The notes below the pieces were generated by a model. It was given only the letters and a program-made list of their open reading frames with translations, ran no database searches and was not told the origin of the DNA. The translations under genes were made by a program, and so were the position numbers. From Smithellaceae bacterium (GTDB lineage Bacteria > Desulfobacterota > Syntrophia > Syntrophales > Smithellaceae), in the NCBI GenBank assembly GCA_963667845.2, contig CAXXVL010000002.1, forward strand, positions 3,328,001-3,392,000: 64,000 bases of DNA, written 5' to 3'. Positions 31,902 through 42,387 of this stretch are shown here, piece by piece. Every line of letters starts with the position of its first letter. Positions within the stretch are counted from its first letter, which is position 1.

Positions 31902-32672
31902 CTAGCCGGCATCCTGAGTGTCAGGCCGGATGATGCAATTTGTTTTGACCTTTTTGGAAATTTTATCGGCCGCAGTCTGCGCCAGCGCTTTCGACTTAAA
32001 TCCCGTTGCGACGACACGGTACCACGTGCCCTTCCCCTTTATATCCGCCTTCGTAACTTTCGCAGGATAACCCAAAGCGACGACGGTCTTTTGAATCAGA
32101 TTCGCCTTTGCCTTATCTTTCATAGACGCCACATGAATAACAAATGAAGGCCCGGTTTCGTTAACAGGATCTTGAGTTTCCTTTATCTTGGAATTCGTTT
32201 CCGGACGCGGCTTTTCATGGTCGGCCGCCGGCTGACCGGATGCTTCTTTCCTGGATGGACCTGCGACTTTGCGCTCAGGCATAACAGCCGCAGGCATTTC
32301 CGGCTTTGCTTTTTGATCTTCTACTATGCCCTCATCCGTCTTCTTTTCCGAACCCGGCGGCTGTTGAATCGACGGCACCTTGTCGCCGGTCAAGGCATTG
32401 TGAAATGCCAAATTCATATTGCCTTTTTCCGACTGCGCTTGCTTGCTTTCCACATTTTTCTGACCGCTCTCGATTCTCGCCGATCGCCAGAAGAAAGCCA
32501 GCACCTGCTGCGGAACGGAAGATATTCTTTCGGGGTAGGTATCCATGTTTTTGCCAACCCCGACGCCCAGAACAAAGGAAAGGCACAACAAAATGCTCAT
32601 TCCGCAAATCACAATAATTAATCCCGTTCTGCCCAACTTCAATTCAAATTTCTTGATATTTCCGGAGCCCAT
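31902..32672 (-). CDS. SPOR-domain membrane-anchored protein
   Basis: N-terminal TM helix, low-complexity linker and C-terminal SPOR (VAS...KGTWYRV); follows argS. Confidence 0.85.
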   Translation of the reverse strand: MGSGNIKKFELKLGRTGLIIVICGMSILLCLSFVLGVGVGKNMDTYPERISSVPQQVLAFFWRSARIESGQKNVESKQAQSEKGNMNLAFHNALTGDKVPSIQQPPGSEKKTDEGIVEDQKAKPEMPAAVMPERKVAGPSRKEASGQPAADHEKPRPETNSKIKETQDPVNETGPSFVIHVASMKDKAKANLIQKTVVALGYPAKVTKADIKGKGTWYRVVATGFKSKALAQTAADKISKKVKTNCIIRPDTQDAG

Positions 32673-32776
32673 TCAGTTCTCCCCCCCCCCAAAGGAACCA
32701 TTTCCTAACAGGCACATTAATGCAAATTTTCAGGATGAATTACTCGATCAATCCATTCTCAGGTGATACAAATTCT

Positions 32777-34441
32777 TTACATCTTCTGCGGCGCGTTGAC
32801 ACCCAGTATCTTCAGTGCATTTTCCAGCACAATGCGCACGGCATCAACCAGAACCAGGCGGGCGGCAGAAAGCGCCATATCTTCCGTCACAACTTTATTT
32901 TTATTATAATAACTATGAAATACACCTGCCAATTCATTTAAATAGAAAGTAATCCGATGCACTTCCAATGATTTTACGGCGCCTTCCAGCATTTCCGGAT
33001 AACGCGCCATCATTTTAATCAGGACCCTTTCTTCCGGTTGGGCAAGGAGTGAAGGATTCATATTTTTGTATGCCGGCAGTGCCATTCCGCGTTCACACGC
33101 CATTCGGATGATGCTGCAGATCCGGGCGTGGGCGTATTGGACGTAGAAAACCGGATTTTCATTGGATTGCTTTTTTGCGACTTCCAGATCGAAATCCAAA
33201 TGGCTGTCCGACCGGCGCATCAGAAAATTGTAGCGGGCTGCATCCTTGCCGACCTCGTCCAGCACTTCCCGCAACGTGACAAATTCGCCGGAACGCGTTG
33301 ACATGGCAACCGGCTCACCCGCACGCAACAGATTTACCAGTTGTACCAGAATGATTTTAAGGTCGTCTTTGTCATGACCCAGAGCCTGAATCGCAGCCCA
33401 CAAACGGGGCATATATCCGTGATGGTCCGCTCCCCAGATATCAATCAGTATGTCAAAACCGCGGGCAAATTTATTCCGATGGTAGGCGATATCGGCGGCA
33501 AAATACGTGGGATCTCCGTTTTTGCGGATGACGACGCGGTCTTTTTCATCGCCGTAGGCCGTCGTTTTAAACCACAATGTTTCGCCGTCCGAATAAATGA
33601 AACCCTGTTTTTGCAGCGAGGATAGAAGATCGCTCACTCCGTTCTCTTTGTATAATTCCTTCTCGCTGAAATAATTGTCGAAGGTCACTCCAAAGTCCTT
33701 TAAATCCTGCTTGATGCCTTCAAGAATCACAGCGCCGGCAACGGCGTTGAAGTAGGGAACCGTTTCTTCTTCAGCCTGGGTGAGATAGCGTTTGCCTTCC
33801 TTGTTGATAATGTCCGACGAAATGTCTTTAATGTAATCCCCCCGATAACAATTCTCGGGAAATTCGATCTTTTCGCCCAGAATTTCCCGATAGCGGTAGA
33901 GGACTGATTTTCCCAGGTTGTTCATCTGGTTGCCGGCGTCGTTGATGTAATATTCCCGGGAAACACGATACCCGTTTGCCTGAAGGAGATTCGACAGAAC
34001 ATCTCCGACGACCGCACCGCGCGCATGCCCAATGTGCAGAGGCCCTGTGGGATTTGCGCTGACGAATTCCACTTGCACTTTTTTGCCCTGACCGATATTG
34101 AGGCAGCCATACTTCTCCCTCTGATCCTGGATTTGCAGCAGGATTTGCCGCCAGAAATCGTCTTTTAATTGAAAATTCAGGAAACCGGGACCGGCAATTT
34201 GCGCTTTTTCAATCAGACCATTCGGATCAACCAGATTCTCCAGAATCGTTTTGGCGATCGCGCGGGGATTTTGCTTGGCCTGGGAGGCCAGAATCATAGC
34301 TATATTACAGGCATAGTCGCCGTGCTCCGGATTAGCCGGCACCTCGATTTCAATGTGCGGCAGTTTCACATCGGGCAGCAGGCCTTTTTGTGTACAGGAC
34401 GCTACGGCATTGGCAATCAGATCAGCAAGTCTATTCTTCAT
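32777..34441 (-). CDS. argS: Arginine--tRNA ligase
   Basis: [29 protein letters not shown] and YVQYAHAR motifs. Confidence 0.98.
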   Translation of the reverse strand: MKNRLADLIANAVASCTQKGLLPDVKLPHIEIEVPANPEHGDYACNIAMILASQAKQNPRAIAKTILENLVDPNGLIEKAQIAGPGFLNFQLKDDFWRQILLQIQDQREKYGCLNIGQGKKVQVEFVSANPTGPLHIGHARGAVVGDVLSNLLQANGYRVSREYYINDAGNQMNNLGKSVLYRYREILGEKIEFPENCYRGDYIKDISSDIINKEGKRYLTQAEEETVPYFNAVAGAVILEGIKQDLKDFGVTFDNYFSEKELYKENGVSDLLSSLQKQGFIYSDGETLWFKTTAYGDEKDRVVIRKNGDPTYFAADIAYHRNKFARGFDILIDIWGADHHGYMPRLWAAIQALGHDKDDLKIILVQLVNLLRAGEPVAMSTRSGEFVTLREVLDEVGKDAARYNFLMRRSDSHLDFDLEVAKKQSNENPVFYVQYAHARICSIIRMACERGMALPAYKNMNPSLLAQPEERVLIKMMARYPEMLEGAVKSLEVHRITFYLNELAGVFHSYYNKNKVVTEDMALSAARLVLVDAVRIVLENALKILGVNAPQKM

Positions 34442-34581
34442 TAAATCTTCAGAACCTTTCTTATAAAAAAAATGACAAGCGGCTTTTATCATTTGCCGCT
34501 TGTCACTGCAAGTTGAAGTATTGCCCTTACGATTTCCGGCGATCTTTTCTTAACGGTTCTTCAAGGGATCGCTGTACGTCA

Positions 34582-37500
34582 TCATTGGATGCGGAGATCT
34601 TTCCAGTAAAGCATATTGGCTCTTGACGAAATTGTCGGCGGCTTGAACGGCGCTTTGACCGTTCCACCCTCCTGACCGCCGGCGCCGCTTACCGTCACGT
34701 AAGCATTCATACTCCCGTCGGGATTATAGGATAACAGGACACCGGAAGCGATTCCTGCTCCGACATCGATGTATCTGCTGCCACCCGTAAACAATCCTCC
34801 GCCGACATTGCAATAGGAGGAAGTTGATTCTATGCTGATCGCATATAATTGCGCGGTGCCCGTTTTTGTACAGTTGAGACTGCTCCCGGAGGCCGGTATA
34901 AATGACGTAAAATAGAGAATATTATTAAACGCGACAGGCTGTGACAAAACCTGTTCATTTTTGCCCGCTAAATTGATATACCAGCCCAACTTTGTCGTAT
35001 CACCGCAGTATGTGCTTTTATCCGATGTAATGTTCAGCAAATCACTTCTTAAACAAGGGGACGGGTTGCCGCTTGCATCTTTGCACAGGAGCGGTTTCAT
35101 AGCGTAAACAATGGCAGCAGGCCCCGAACCCGTCGGGTCAACTTCGTCGCCTGAACTCCAGAAAATCCATGTATTATTGGAACGGTCTCTGGTCACGGTC
35201 GGTTGAAAATAAATCGGATATTTGTATGAGCCCGACAGTTTATCGAGCAGCAAAGAACCTTTCCAGCTGCTGGTTCCGCAGTTGGCGTCTGAGGCAAGAT
35301 CGGCTTTGCTGCAAAATTTAACCTGCCACAAATTCCCTTTCATGTCACCGACGTAGCCATGGTCGAGGTATCCGTCGTAATCCCCGTCAACCAGGGAAAT
35401 CTGCGAGGGAATGGCATCACCCATATTGGGACTGCCCACGTTGGCCACGTCCGTTGCATTCCAGGTATAAGACCAGAGGGTCTGACCCGTCCTCAAATCA
35501 AATACAATGATCCCTTTACCGCGCTTGTCCGAGCAGGAACTGGTTCCGCAAGTGGCAGCATTATAGCCTCCGCCGATAACCCCGACCCATGTTTCATTTC
35601 CCGCAATCTTGACTCTGCCGATACTGACTGCGCTCCAGGGCTCACCCAGGAAAGGCGCCACTGTACTGCTCGGCTGCAACGTCCACTTGAAAGTCGGCAT
35701 GGATGTCGGCGAATCCGTAAAGTCAAAAGCATAGTAACCGCAGTAATACGGTGCCGTCGTAGCGTTATAATATTCCGCAATACCGGTATCGCACGACGAA
35801 GAGGAACTCCAATACTTGGTGGTTTGCGGAACTGCACTTTTATCGGTTGTGGTGTAATCACGGTCGTTTCTGCCCAGACTGAACATGACTAACGTCTTCC
35901 AGTCCGTTGAGCTTTTATTCGTACCGTTGGAAAGGGACGCCGGCAGCCACGCATCAGTAGCCGTGATCCGGCCATCGACAAAAAACTGATGTCCCAGCGT
36001 GGAGGTCGTGGTGTAGTGCGCTAAATACTGCAGTTTAGGCAAAAGATTGGGCGGGACAAAACTCCAGAATTCGGCACCGTTTGTTGCATTGAATGCGTGA
36101 AACTGACCGTCATTAGCACCGACGACAATCATGCGCTTCCCGTAACCGTCGCATGTTGTTACTCCGCCGCTGCAATGGCTGGCACGCGGATGTGCTTCTC
36201 TATAGACTTCAAAAGCTTTCTTGTTGGCGATTGTGGGATTGGTTTCAAGTGTATCATTGAAGAAAGGCGTCGGCGTGCCCAGCGTAATGGGGCTCGAATG
36301 AAAAACATCACCCAGTTTCCAGTTATCCGGATTGGTCACATCTGTATAGGGGGTGACTGGATCAACTGTATATCCGCGTACATACTTGATTATCTTATTC
36401 GCCTCTGTCTGATTGGCCACATTCAAATATGAAAAGGGAACATAATTGGTCGAATCAATATCCTTCGCCTGAAATTTCGTCAGACTGCCGCCGATCAATG
36501 TCTGCATATTTCTATCCACTGCAGGAGTATTCTTCAATATGGAGCCGGCCTCCCAGACAACCGCATCCAAACTCCCATCAGTCTTCAGAGACCATTTCTT
36601 CAGAAATCCTTTCCAGAAAGGATAATTACTGCCGACGGGTTCAAAAGTAGCCTCATAAATGAAGTTCTCATCGGCTGTCCGTGATGAAGAAATTGACGAT
36701 GTAGCAAAGGCATAGGATCTCGTTGTAATATCAGACAGAATATTATTTAATTGTGTTTCTATTGCTGTTGAATCATTGGCAAGTAAAGCCATGGTTGTCC
36801 CGCCACCCTTGGATGCCATTATGTTGAGGGGGTGGCTTGGCTCCGTGACATCGTCCGTCATGGCCACGCCGATGACATACGTTAAGATATTAAAGGTGTA
36901 AGACTGTGCATTACTGCCGCTGCCTAATGTTTTCGTTAAAGCCCGCAGGGCATCAATTTTATCATAAACAGCTGGAACCAAGGCTGCGGCCGTGCCTTTG
37001 GTGCCGTTTTCCGAAACGCTGGGCATACCATCCGTGACAAGAATAACAAAATTTTTCTGGCAGGAATCCTGTATGGGACTGCTCTTTCCAGTGTAATTTC
37101 CCTTAAAGTAATCAATAGCGCTCTGCAATGTCCCGGCCATCGGCGTCAGTCCGGCACTGATGATAAAAGGACAGGAATTCGACTTGCTTCCACTGCATAA
37201 TGTGCTGTTCATATAACCAGCCGCATCATTCGCATGCGTTACCAATTTATTCGTCAATGCATTGTAATGGGTCGTGCTGTCAGTCTCAGCTTCTACATGC
37301 AAATACCCGCCTCCCGGTGAATTATCAGCAAACCAGGTCCCACCGTCGACATGCAGCCAGGCATTTCGTCGGCCGAAATCTTTAAAACCCAGAGCAATAT
37401 CCTCATCCGTCGGGGTAAATGATACATCGTCCCAGAATTTAGTACTACCATCATATTGTCCAGGATTGGTTCCTGCATAAGTACCGTCACTTGTTCCTAA

Positions 37501-38235
37501 CTTCTTGTGATAGCAATCGTACTTGTCTGTTGATTCGGCTGTACTGTAATTTCCCGAATAACAGAAAGCATTTCCCATATCACCTGAAGAGTAAAGCGTT
37601 CCCGGAATTTTGTAATAAACATTTTTTGTAGAATCCGTTGGACTGTATGAGGGATTCAGGTAATACTGGCTTTTGGGATAAATCCGCTTGCAATAATTCT
37701 TTCTCTTATCACTGCCTGCAGTACTTCCTGGACTTACTAAAATTTCATCACGGTAGGTGGCATCAAAACTGGTATTATCAACGGCACAGGCGCTCTGACA
37801 GACTGCCTGTTTGGCAGCGTCTTCGGTAACACAGTAATCGTAACACTCGGCAGGCGGGTTCAGGCAATAGGACTTGGGATCATACGACGTAAAATACGGC
37901 ATGTTGTGCATTTGGTTGCTTGCGACACTTGGAAGTTTATAGGTCATTAAACCGATTCGCATTGAACTTCTAAAATTATCAACGACCTTCTGTATTGCTT
38001 TCTTCGCGCCGACAAGCCGACTATCTACCGGGACCGATGCCCACGAGCCCACCAGGTTGCCAGTGAAATCTTCATCCATGCTCTGGGAATTATCTAGAAT
38101 AATCAGCACATTGGGAACGTATGATGAACCCTGGGTAAAGAGATCCTGGTCATCGGCAATTGCCGTTCTTACCAATGATAGATTGAATATGAAGAGGAAG
38201 ATGAAAATCGTGGAATGGTATATTGCCTTTTTCAT
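34582..38235 (-). CDS. pilY1: Type IV pilus tip adhesin PilY1/PilC (vWA plus beta-propeller)
   Basis: Signal peptide, MIDAS-like DNSQS...TP...VTDG, LGDVFHSSP, VGANDG.FHAF, Ca-loop DGDYDGYLD and C-terminal W. Confidence 0.88.
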   Translation of the reverse strand: MKKAIYHSTIFIFLFIFNLSLVRTAIADDQDLFTQGSSYVPNVLIILDNSQSMDEDFTGNLVGSWASVPVDSRLVGAKKAIQKVVDNFRSSMRIGLMTYKLPSVASNQMHNMPYFTSYDPKSYCLNPPAECYDYCVTEDAAKQAVCQSACAVDNTSFDATYRDEILVSPGSTAGSDKRKNYCKRIYPKSQYYLNPSYSPTDSTKNVYYKIPGTLYSSGDMGNAFCYSGNYSTAESTDKYDCYHKKLGTSDGTYAGTNPGQYDGSTKFWDDVSFTPTDEDIALGFKDFGRRNAWLHVDGGTWFADNSPGGGYLHVEAETDSTTHYNALTNKLVTHANDAAGYMNSTLCSGSKSNSCPFIISAGLTPMAGTLQSAIDYFKGNYTGKSSPIQDSCQKNFVILVTDGMPSVSENGTKGTAAALVPAVYDKIDALRALTKTLGSGSNAQSYTFNILTYVIGVAMTDDVTEPSHPLNIMASKGGGTTMALLANDSTAIETQLNNILSDITTRSYAFATSSISSSRTADENFIYEATFEPVGSNYPFWKGFLKKWSLKTDGSLDAVVWEAGSILKNTPAVDRNMQTLIGGSLTKFQAKDIDSTNYVPFSYLNVANQTEANKIIKYVRGYTVDPVTPYTDVTNPDNWKLGDVFHSSPITLGTPTPFFNDTLETNPTIANKKAFEVYREAHPRASHCSGGVTTCDGYGKRMIVVGANDGQFHAFNATNGAEFWSFVPPNLLPKLQYLAHYTTTSTLGHQFFVDGRITATDAWLPASLSNGTNKSSTDWKTLVMFSLGRNDRDYTTTDKSAVPQTTKYWSSSSSCDTGIAEYYNATTAPYYCGYYAFDFTDSPTSMPTFKWTLQPSSTVAPFLGEPWSAVSIGRVKIAGNETWVGVIGGGYNAATCGTSSCSDKRGKGIIVFDLRTGQTLWSYTWNATDVANVGSPNMGDAIPSQISLVDGDYDGYLDHGYVGDMKGNLWQVKFCSKADLASDANCGTSSWKGSLLLDKLSGSYKYPIYFQPTVTRDRSNNTWIFWSSGDEVDPTGSGPAAIVYAMKPLLCKDASGNPSPCLRSDLLNITSDKSTYCGDTTKLGWYINLAGKNEQVLSQPVAFNNILYFTSFIPASGSSLNCTKTGTAQLYAISIESTSSYCNVGGGLFTGGSRYIDVGAGIASGVLLSYNPDGSMNAYVTVSGAGGQEGGTVKAPFKPPTISSRANMLYWKDLRIQ

Positions 38236-38265
38236 AAAAGCCTCCGTAGATAAGATCTTTTGCGA

Positions 38266-38628
38266 TCAACGAATGGTTACTTCTTTCAAAACGCCATTGA
38301 TAAAGAACATTTCCGCCATTTTTTTGCCTTGAAAAACCGGTTTTCCTTTACCGTATTCGATTTTCACGCCCTTCAAACTATATGACTTCCCGCTTTCCAG
38401 ATAAAGAGTATTATTCTGTATTTTGGAAACGATACCGGTCACTTTTAGAATTTTGGTTTGTGAGGGCGACGAAGCCACGGGAGTTCCAGGCGCCGGAGTT
38501 ACGGCAAGACTTTCAGTACCGATCAAGAAAAATGAAATCAATACTATTGAAACAGCAATAAAAATGTATTTGAAGTGCAACATTGCTCTCTTTACCTCCT
38601 GCCCTTGTTTTTGACTTTGATTTTCCAT
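38266..38628 (-). CDS. Small exported hypothetical protein in the pilus operon
   Basis: Hydrophobic signal segment; start overlaps the pilX-like stop codon (alternative start 38583). Confidence 0.6.
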   Translation of the reverse strand: MENQSQKQGQEVKRAMLHFKYIFIAVSIVLISFFLIGTESLAVTPAPGTPVASSPSQTKILKVTGIVSKIQNNTLYLESGKSYSLKGVKIEYGKGKPVFQGKKMAEMFFINGVLKEVTIR

Positions 38629-39152
38629 TACTTATAAACCAACGATAATGAGATCGGTCCGTAGGCAACACCGATACCTACACGTTCCTCAGTTTTATAG
38701 GTTGTATTTTCCCCGGAAACCGCCAAATCATACCTGGCCATCCCCCACCCCTGAGACGACTCCATCGAGTAGCCGGGCGGAGGAAGCGCAGCAAAAGGGC
38801 TCAAAGTGATGTTGTCGATTCTGTATCGGGAACCCGGCGCATAGGTTGCATCAACATCTGTCCATGTACTCAGAGGCAGGGCGGTCCCGTCAGGTTTCTT
38901 CAATCCGAAATTCGTCGCCATGGGATCGAAAGACTGCGTTGTTATATGATAACCGCTCTCAACAGCGGCCAAAGCCCTTTTTTCGCCCAGAGAGCTCACA
39001 CTGGTTCTTAAATCCTCCGTAGATATTAAAACGACCATAAATCCCAACGCTATGATGATTGCGCAGGCAATAATTGCTGTAAGCAGGATAAAACCTCTTT
39101 CCGAACCTAAAACACCGCTTCTTGATATTATTTCGTTATGTTGAATCTTCAT
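38628..39152 (-). CDS. PilX-like minor pilin
   Basis: ERG|FILLTAII type III signal lacking Glu5, as in PilX; operon position fits. Confidence 0.75.
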   Translation of the reverse strand: MKIQHNEIISRSGVLGSERGFILLTAIIACAIIIALGFMVVLISTEDLRTSVSSLGEKRALAAVESGYHITTQSFDPMATNFGLKKPDGTALPLSTWTDVDATYAPGSRYRIDNITLSPFAALPPPGYSMESSQGWGMARYDLAVSGENTTYKTEERVGIGVAYGPISLSLVYK

Positions 39153-39853
39153 GGGTTGGCTCCGTGGTTTCTGGGTATGACACGCGTCGAATAGACAATT
39201 CTTCGTCGGGCATGAGTCGCCGGATCAATATCTTCCGTATCCGCAACCAGCGTGATTTCTATCGTGTTAATCAACGGAATTTGTGCCGGTAAATTGGCCG
39301 ACGCGATCAGGTTGTTATTAAAATCAAAGTATCGAAAGACGGGTACATTAACGGCATTATTGACAATCCGTATAATTCGCGGCCGTCCGCTTGCGGCCGT
39401 ATCACCCAGAAAGGGAAGCACGGCGCCGCAATTGGTTCTGCGGGTGACGCGGAGATTAGCCGTGTCATAGTTATATTCAATGATTTCGTTCGGGTTATTC
39501 GCGGTACCATTGATAACCGAATTATCGTTGGCGTCCATTTCAATCGTGATCATGTCAGACGTTGCGACTTGAATGCCTTTGTATGTGGCATTAGCCGCAG
39601 CCGAAGTGCAGTCCGCAGCGTTGCGCCATATGGTATTATCCAGGCTCGAATTATAGGACGCCATTCGAATCTCCAGCGCCATCAAATCCAGTCCGCTCCG
39701 GACATCCTTCTGCGCAATTATCTTTCTGTCCATTCCTGCGGTTGATTTTTGAGTCAATGTGACAATGCTATAAACACCAACCATCATCAGCGCACCGACA
39801 ACCAGTGCGATCAGTATTTCAATGAGCGTGAAACCGTTTCTTGTCTTCATCAT
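39149..39853 (-). CDS. PilW-like minor pilin
   Basis: RNG|FTLIEILIAL and EIRMA motifs. Confidence 0.8.
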   Translation of the reverse strand: MMKTRNGFTLIEILIALVVGALMMVGVYSIVTLTQKSTAGMDRKIIAQKDVRSGLDLMALEIRMASYNSSLDNTIWRNAADCTSAAANATYKGIQVATSDMITIEMDANDNSVINGTANNPNEIIEYNYDTANLRVTRRTNCGAVLPFLGDTAASGRPRIIRIVNNAVNVPVFRYFDFNNNLIASANLPAQIPLINTIEITLVADTEDIDPATHARRRIVYSTRVIPRNHGANP

Positions 39854-39855
39854 CG

Positions 39856-40323
39856 TTAGCATCCGTTCTTAAAATACTGCTGACGTGAAACAAAGATCGT
39901 CTGGTTTATGCCGGTCGCATTCAACGGCGGCCATGTTACCGTTACGGTGATGCGAAAATAATTGTCGGTCACAGCCGTAATTTGGGTTACAATGTGGTAG
40001 CTTGCATCACCCGCTGTCCCTCCCGCAAGACCGCTCACATAAATATCTAAAGGAAGGCTTGCAGTCGCGCCTGCAGCGGGTATTGCCGGAATGCCGTTTA
40101 AGGCTGATGCAGCCGTGTTGCATTGATTCATTATATAAGCTTCCGTGCTCTCCAGTTGCCTGTGCATAATTTCCGATCCCCTGCCCAGGTAGTCTGCCTT
40201 TGCTGCCGATTTCCAGGCCGGTGATTGTAATGAAAAAGCGGCAAATATAGCCGTCGTGGTCAAGAATATGGCAATCATGACCTCGACCATACCCATACCT
40301 TTATTAGTCTGTAAAAGTAACAT
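39856..40323 (-). CDS. PilV-like minor pilin
   Basis: NKG|MGMVEVMIAI and C-terminal ITVTVTW. Confidence 0.75.
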   Translation of the reverse strand: MLLLQTNKGMGMVEVMIAIFLTTTAIFAAFSLQSPAWKSAAKADYLGRGSEIMHRQLESTEAYIMNQCNTAASALNGIPAIPAAGATASLPLDIYVSGLAGGTAGDASYHIVTQITAVTDNYFRITVTVTWPPLNATGINQTIFVSRQQYFKNGC

Positions 40324-40801
40324 CTACAGTCCCCCTGCTATTGAGTGTAATTGTCGCTGTCACATCTCGGCTGTTCTTTAGAGTGACCGTTCCGGTATCA
40401 CTTTGATTAGCCACTTGAGGATTGCAATGTCCCACTAATCCCCTCGGTGTCATCCTGACAACGTGACAACCGGTAAAATTGCTATTTTCTATGATTGCAT
40501 CATGAGCTCCTGATGCTTCTATAGGAGTTTCGCTGATGTTAACAACCGCGAAATTATCTTGTGCCGGAGCAGAAATATCATATTTATCAGTAGCATTAAA
40601 CGTGATCGTATACACTCGGCCCTCTCCAATGGCCCGGGTTCTGTATTTTGTCAGGTCGGAGGCCACCTTCCTTGCTCCCGACCGTAAATTAGTCTTGGTG
40701 ACGTATGATTGCCAGGACAGCGATGCAACGGAAAGCACCACGCCGAGTATCGCAATGACAACAAGCAACTCAACTATGGAAAAACCTTTTCTATTTTTCA
40801 T
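40304..40801 (-). CDS. FimT/FimU-like minor pilin
   Basis: RKG|FSIVELLVVIAI and C-terminal ITLNSRG.V. Confidence 0.8.
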   Translation of the reverse strand: MKNRKGFSIVELLVVIAILGVVLSVASLSWQSYVTKTNLRSGARKVASDLTKYRTRAIGEGRVYTITFNATDKYDISAPAQDNFAVVNISETPIEASGAHDAIIENSNFTGCHVVRMTPRGLVGHCNPQVANQSDTGTVTLKNSRDVTATITLNSRGTVDVTFTD

Positions 40802-40852
40802 ACTGATTTACCATAAATCGTTTAAATTCTAAGACCCGTATCACTTTCCTTG

Positions 40853-41338
40853 TCAATAAGCATCGAATGAAACATAGACCCTGCCTGTTAAATTCGATGT
40901 TATCTTAGCATGCAAGCCGTCGCCATTTTCCAATACGAGCGATCCCGCAGACACTGTGCCCCTCGGTTGAAAAATTATCTGAGCGTTCGGATAATTTAAG
41001 GGATGATCCGCTGAAAATACTACAGCACGACCTTCGGAATTCAAATTCTTGACGATCGCATCTTCCTCATCGTATTCAGAAGCCATTCCTTTAGCACCAC
41101 CCTTTAAAATCCTGTAACTGTTGTTCTCTATGTCTAAAACTATCTTATAATGAACACAATCCGCCATAGCCTTTTGCTTTAAAAAAACACAATCTGCGCT
41201 GATAGCTCTTGCTGAATTTCTCAAGTCGACTTTCTGTCTGTATTTGCCGTATGTGGAAACAGCTAATGTTGAAATAATGGCGGCAATGAAAATAACAATA
41301 ACCATTTCAACAACTGTAAAACCTCGCTGAGAATCCAT
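40853..41338 (-). CDS. Second FimT/GspH-like minor pilin
   Basis: QRG|FTVVEMVIVI, IIFQPRG and TGRV motifs. Confidence 0.78.
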   Translation of the reverse strand: MDSQRGFTVVEMVIVIFIAAIISTLAVSTYGKYRQKVDLRNSARAISADCVFLKQKAMADCVHYKIVLDIENNSYRILKGGAKGMASEYDEEDAIVKNLNSEGRAVVFSADHPLNYPNAQIIFQPRGTVSAGSLVLENGDGLHAKITSNLTGRVYVSFDAY

Positions 41339-41470
41339 TCTCGTTTCCAGCCTTTCCGTAAGCAGGTCTAGTTTGTTTTTCTTTTAGACTCTTCATATCC
41401 TCTCAATAAAGTGATCCCGATTTAACCAATTGATGCATTTTAAGTCATCGACTATTTTCATTCAACGTTC

Positions 41471-42229
41471 TCAGAAACGATATAATAAAAGATTAAAAGC
41501 ATCGCCCCAGAAAATATAAACCACGGCCGCAACCGATAAAAAAGGTCCGAAGGGTACCGCATACTTCGTGTCTTTCTTTTTAACAACCATCGCGATCAAT
41601 CCTATCAATGCCCCCGTAAAAGAACTGAACAGCAAAACGAAAATCAACGATTTCCATCCCAGAAAGGCGCCGATCATGGCCAAGAGCTTTATATCGCCCC
41701 CGCCCATGCCTTCGCGTTTCGTAATCTTTTCGTAAACAAAAGCGATCAGAAAAAGCAAACCGCCGCCGATCAGTAACCCGACAAGGGCCTCATGCCAGGG
41801 AATCTTTACGACAAAAACGGCTAACAGAAAAAAAATGGGAATACCGGGTAAAGACAGAATATCGGGGATTATTTGATGATCAAAATCAATAAAGCTGATG
41901 ACAATCAGAACTGCCGTAAAAATGAAGAATACCAGAAAATTGAATGTCAGACCGAATTTGATAAACAGCAACAAAGTTAACAAACCGGTAACCAACTCGA
42001 CCAGCGGATACCGCCATGAAATTTTTTCTCCGCAGTCCCGGCACTTCGCCCGCAAGATCGCGAAACTGATGATCGGGATATTATCGAAGAATCGAATCGG
42101 ATGGTGGCAATGCGGACAACGAGAAAGCGGTGTAACGATAGATTCTCTTGCCGGTATGCGGAAAATGCATACATTGAGAAAGCTGCCGACCACAGCGCCG
42201 AAAATGAAGGCAAAAATGTTTAAGATCAT
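41471..42229 (-). CDS. pilD: Prepilin peptidase/N-methyltransferase
   Basis: GSFLNV, two CxxC, GMGGGDIKL and PFGPFL motifs. Confidence 0.96.
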   Translation of the reverse strand: MILNIFAFIFGAVVGSFLNVCIFRIPARESIVTPLSRCPHCHHPIRFFDNIPIISFAILRAKCRDCGEKISWRYPLVELVTGLLTLLLFIKFGLTFNFLVFFIFTAVLIVISFIDFDHQIIPDILSLPGIPIFFLLAVFVVKIPWHEALVGLLIGGGLLFLIAFVYEKITKREGMGGGDIKLLAMIGAFLGWKSLIFVLLFSSFTGALIGLIAMVVKKKDTKYAVPFGPFLSVAAVVYIFWGDAFNLLLYRF

Positions 42230-42283
42230 GCAATTCTCTTCTATTCTCTCTGAACGGGATTTTTCTGGGATGCTGGTTTGATG

Positions 42284-42381
42284 AAAGCTTTTCCGGCAGC
42301 CCTGCCGCCTTATCCCGTCAAAGATTTAGGCCAGTAACTTTGCGTCCCACCTTTTCAGATGGTTTGCTTTTATCAAGCTTT
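42284..42381 (-). promoter_or_regulatory. GEMM-I (c-di-GMP-I family) riboswitch with A at position 20; candidate 3',3'-cGAMP sensor
   Basis: Minus strand: AAAGCTTGATAAAAGCAAACCATCT-GAAA-AGGTGGGACGCAAAGTTACTGGCCTAAATCTTTGACGGGATAAGGCGGCAGGGCTGCCGGAAAAGCTTT. It shows P1, P2 with a GAAA loop, the GGGACGCAAAG junction and the CCTAA receptor. Confidence 0.9.
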
Positions 42382-42387
42382 GCGTAG

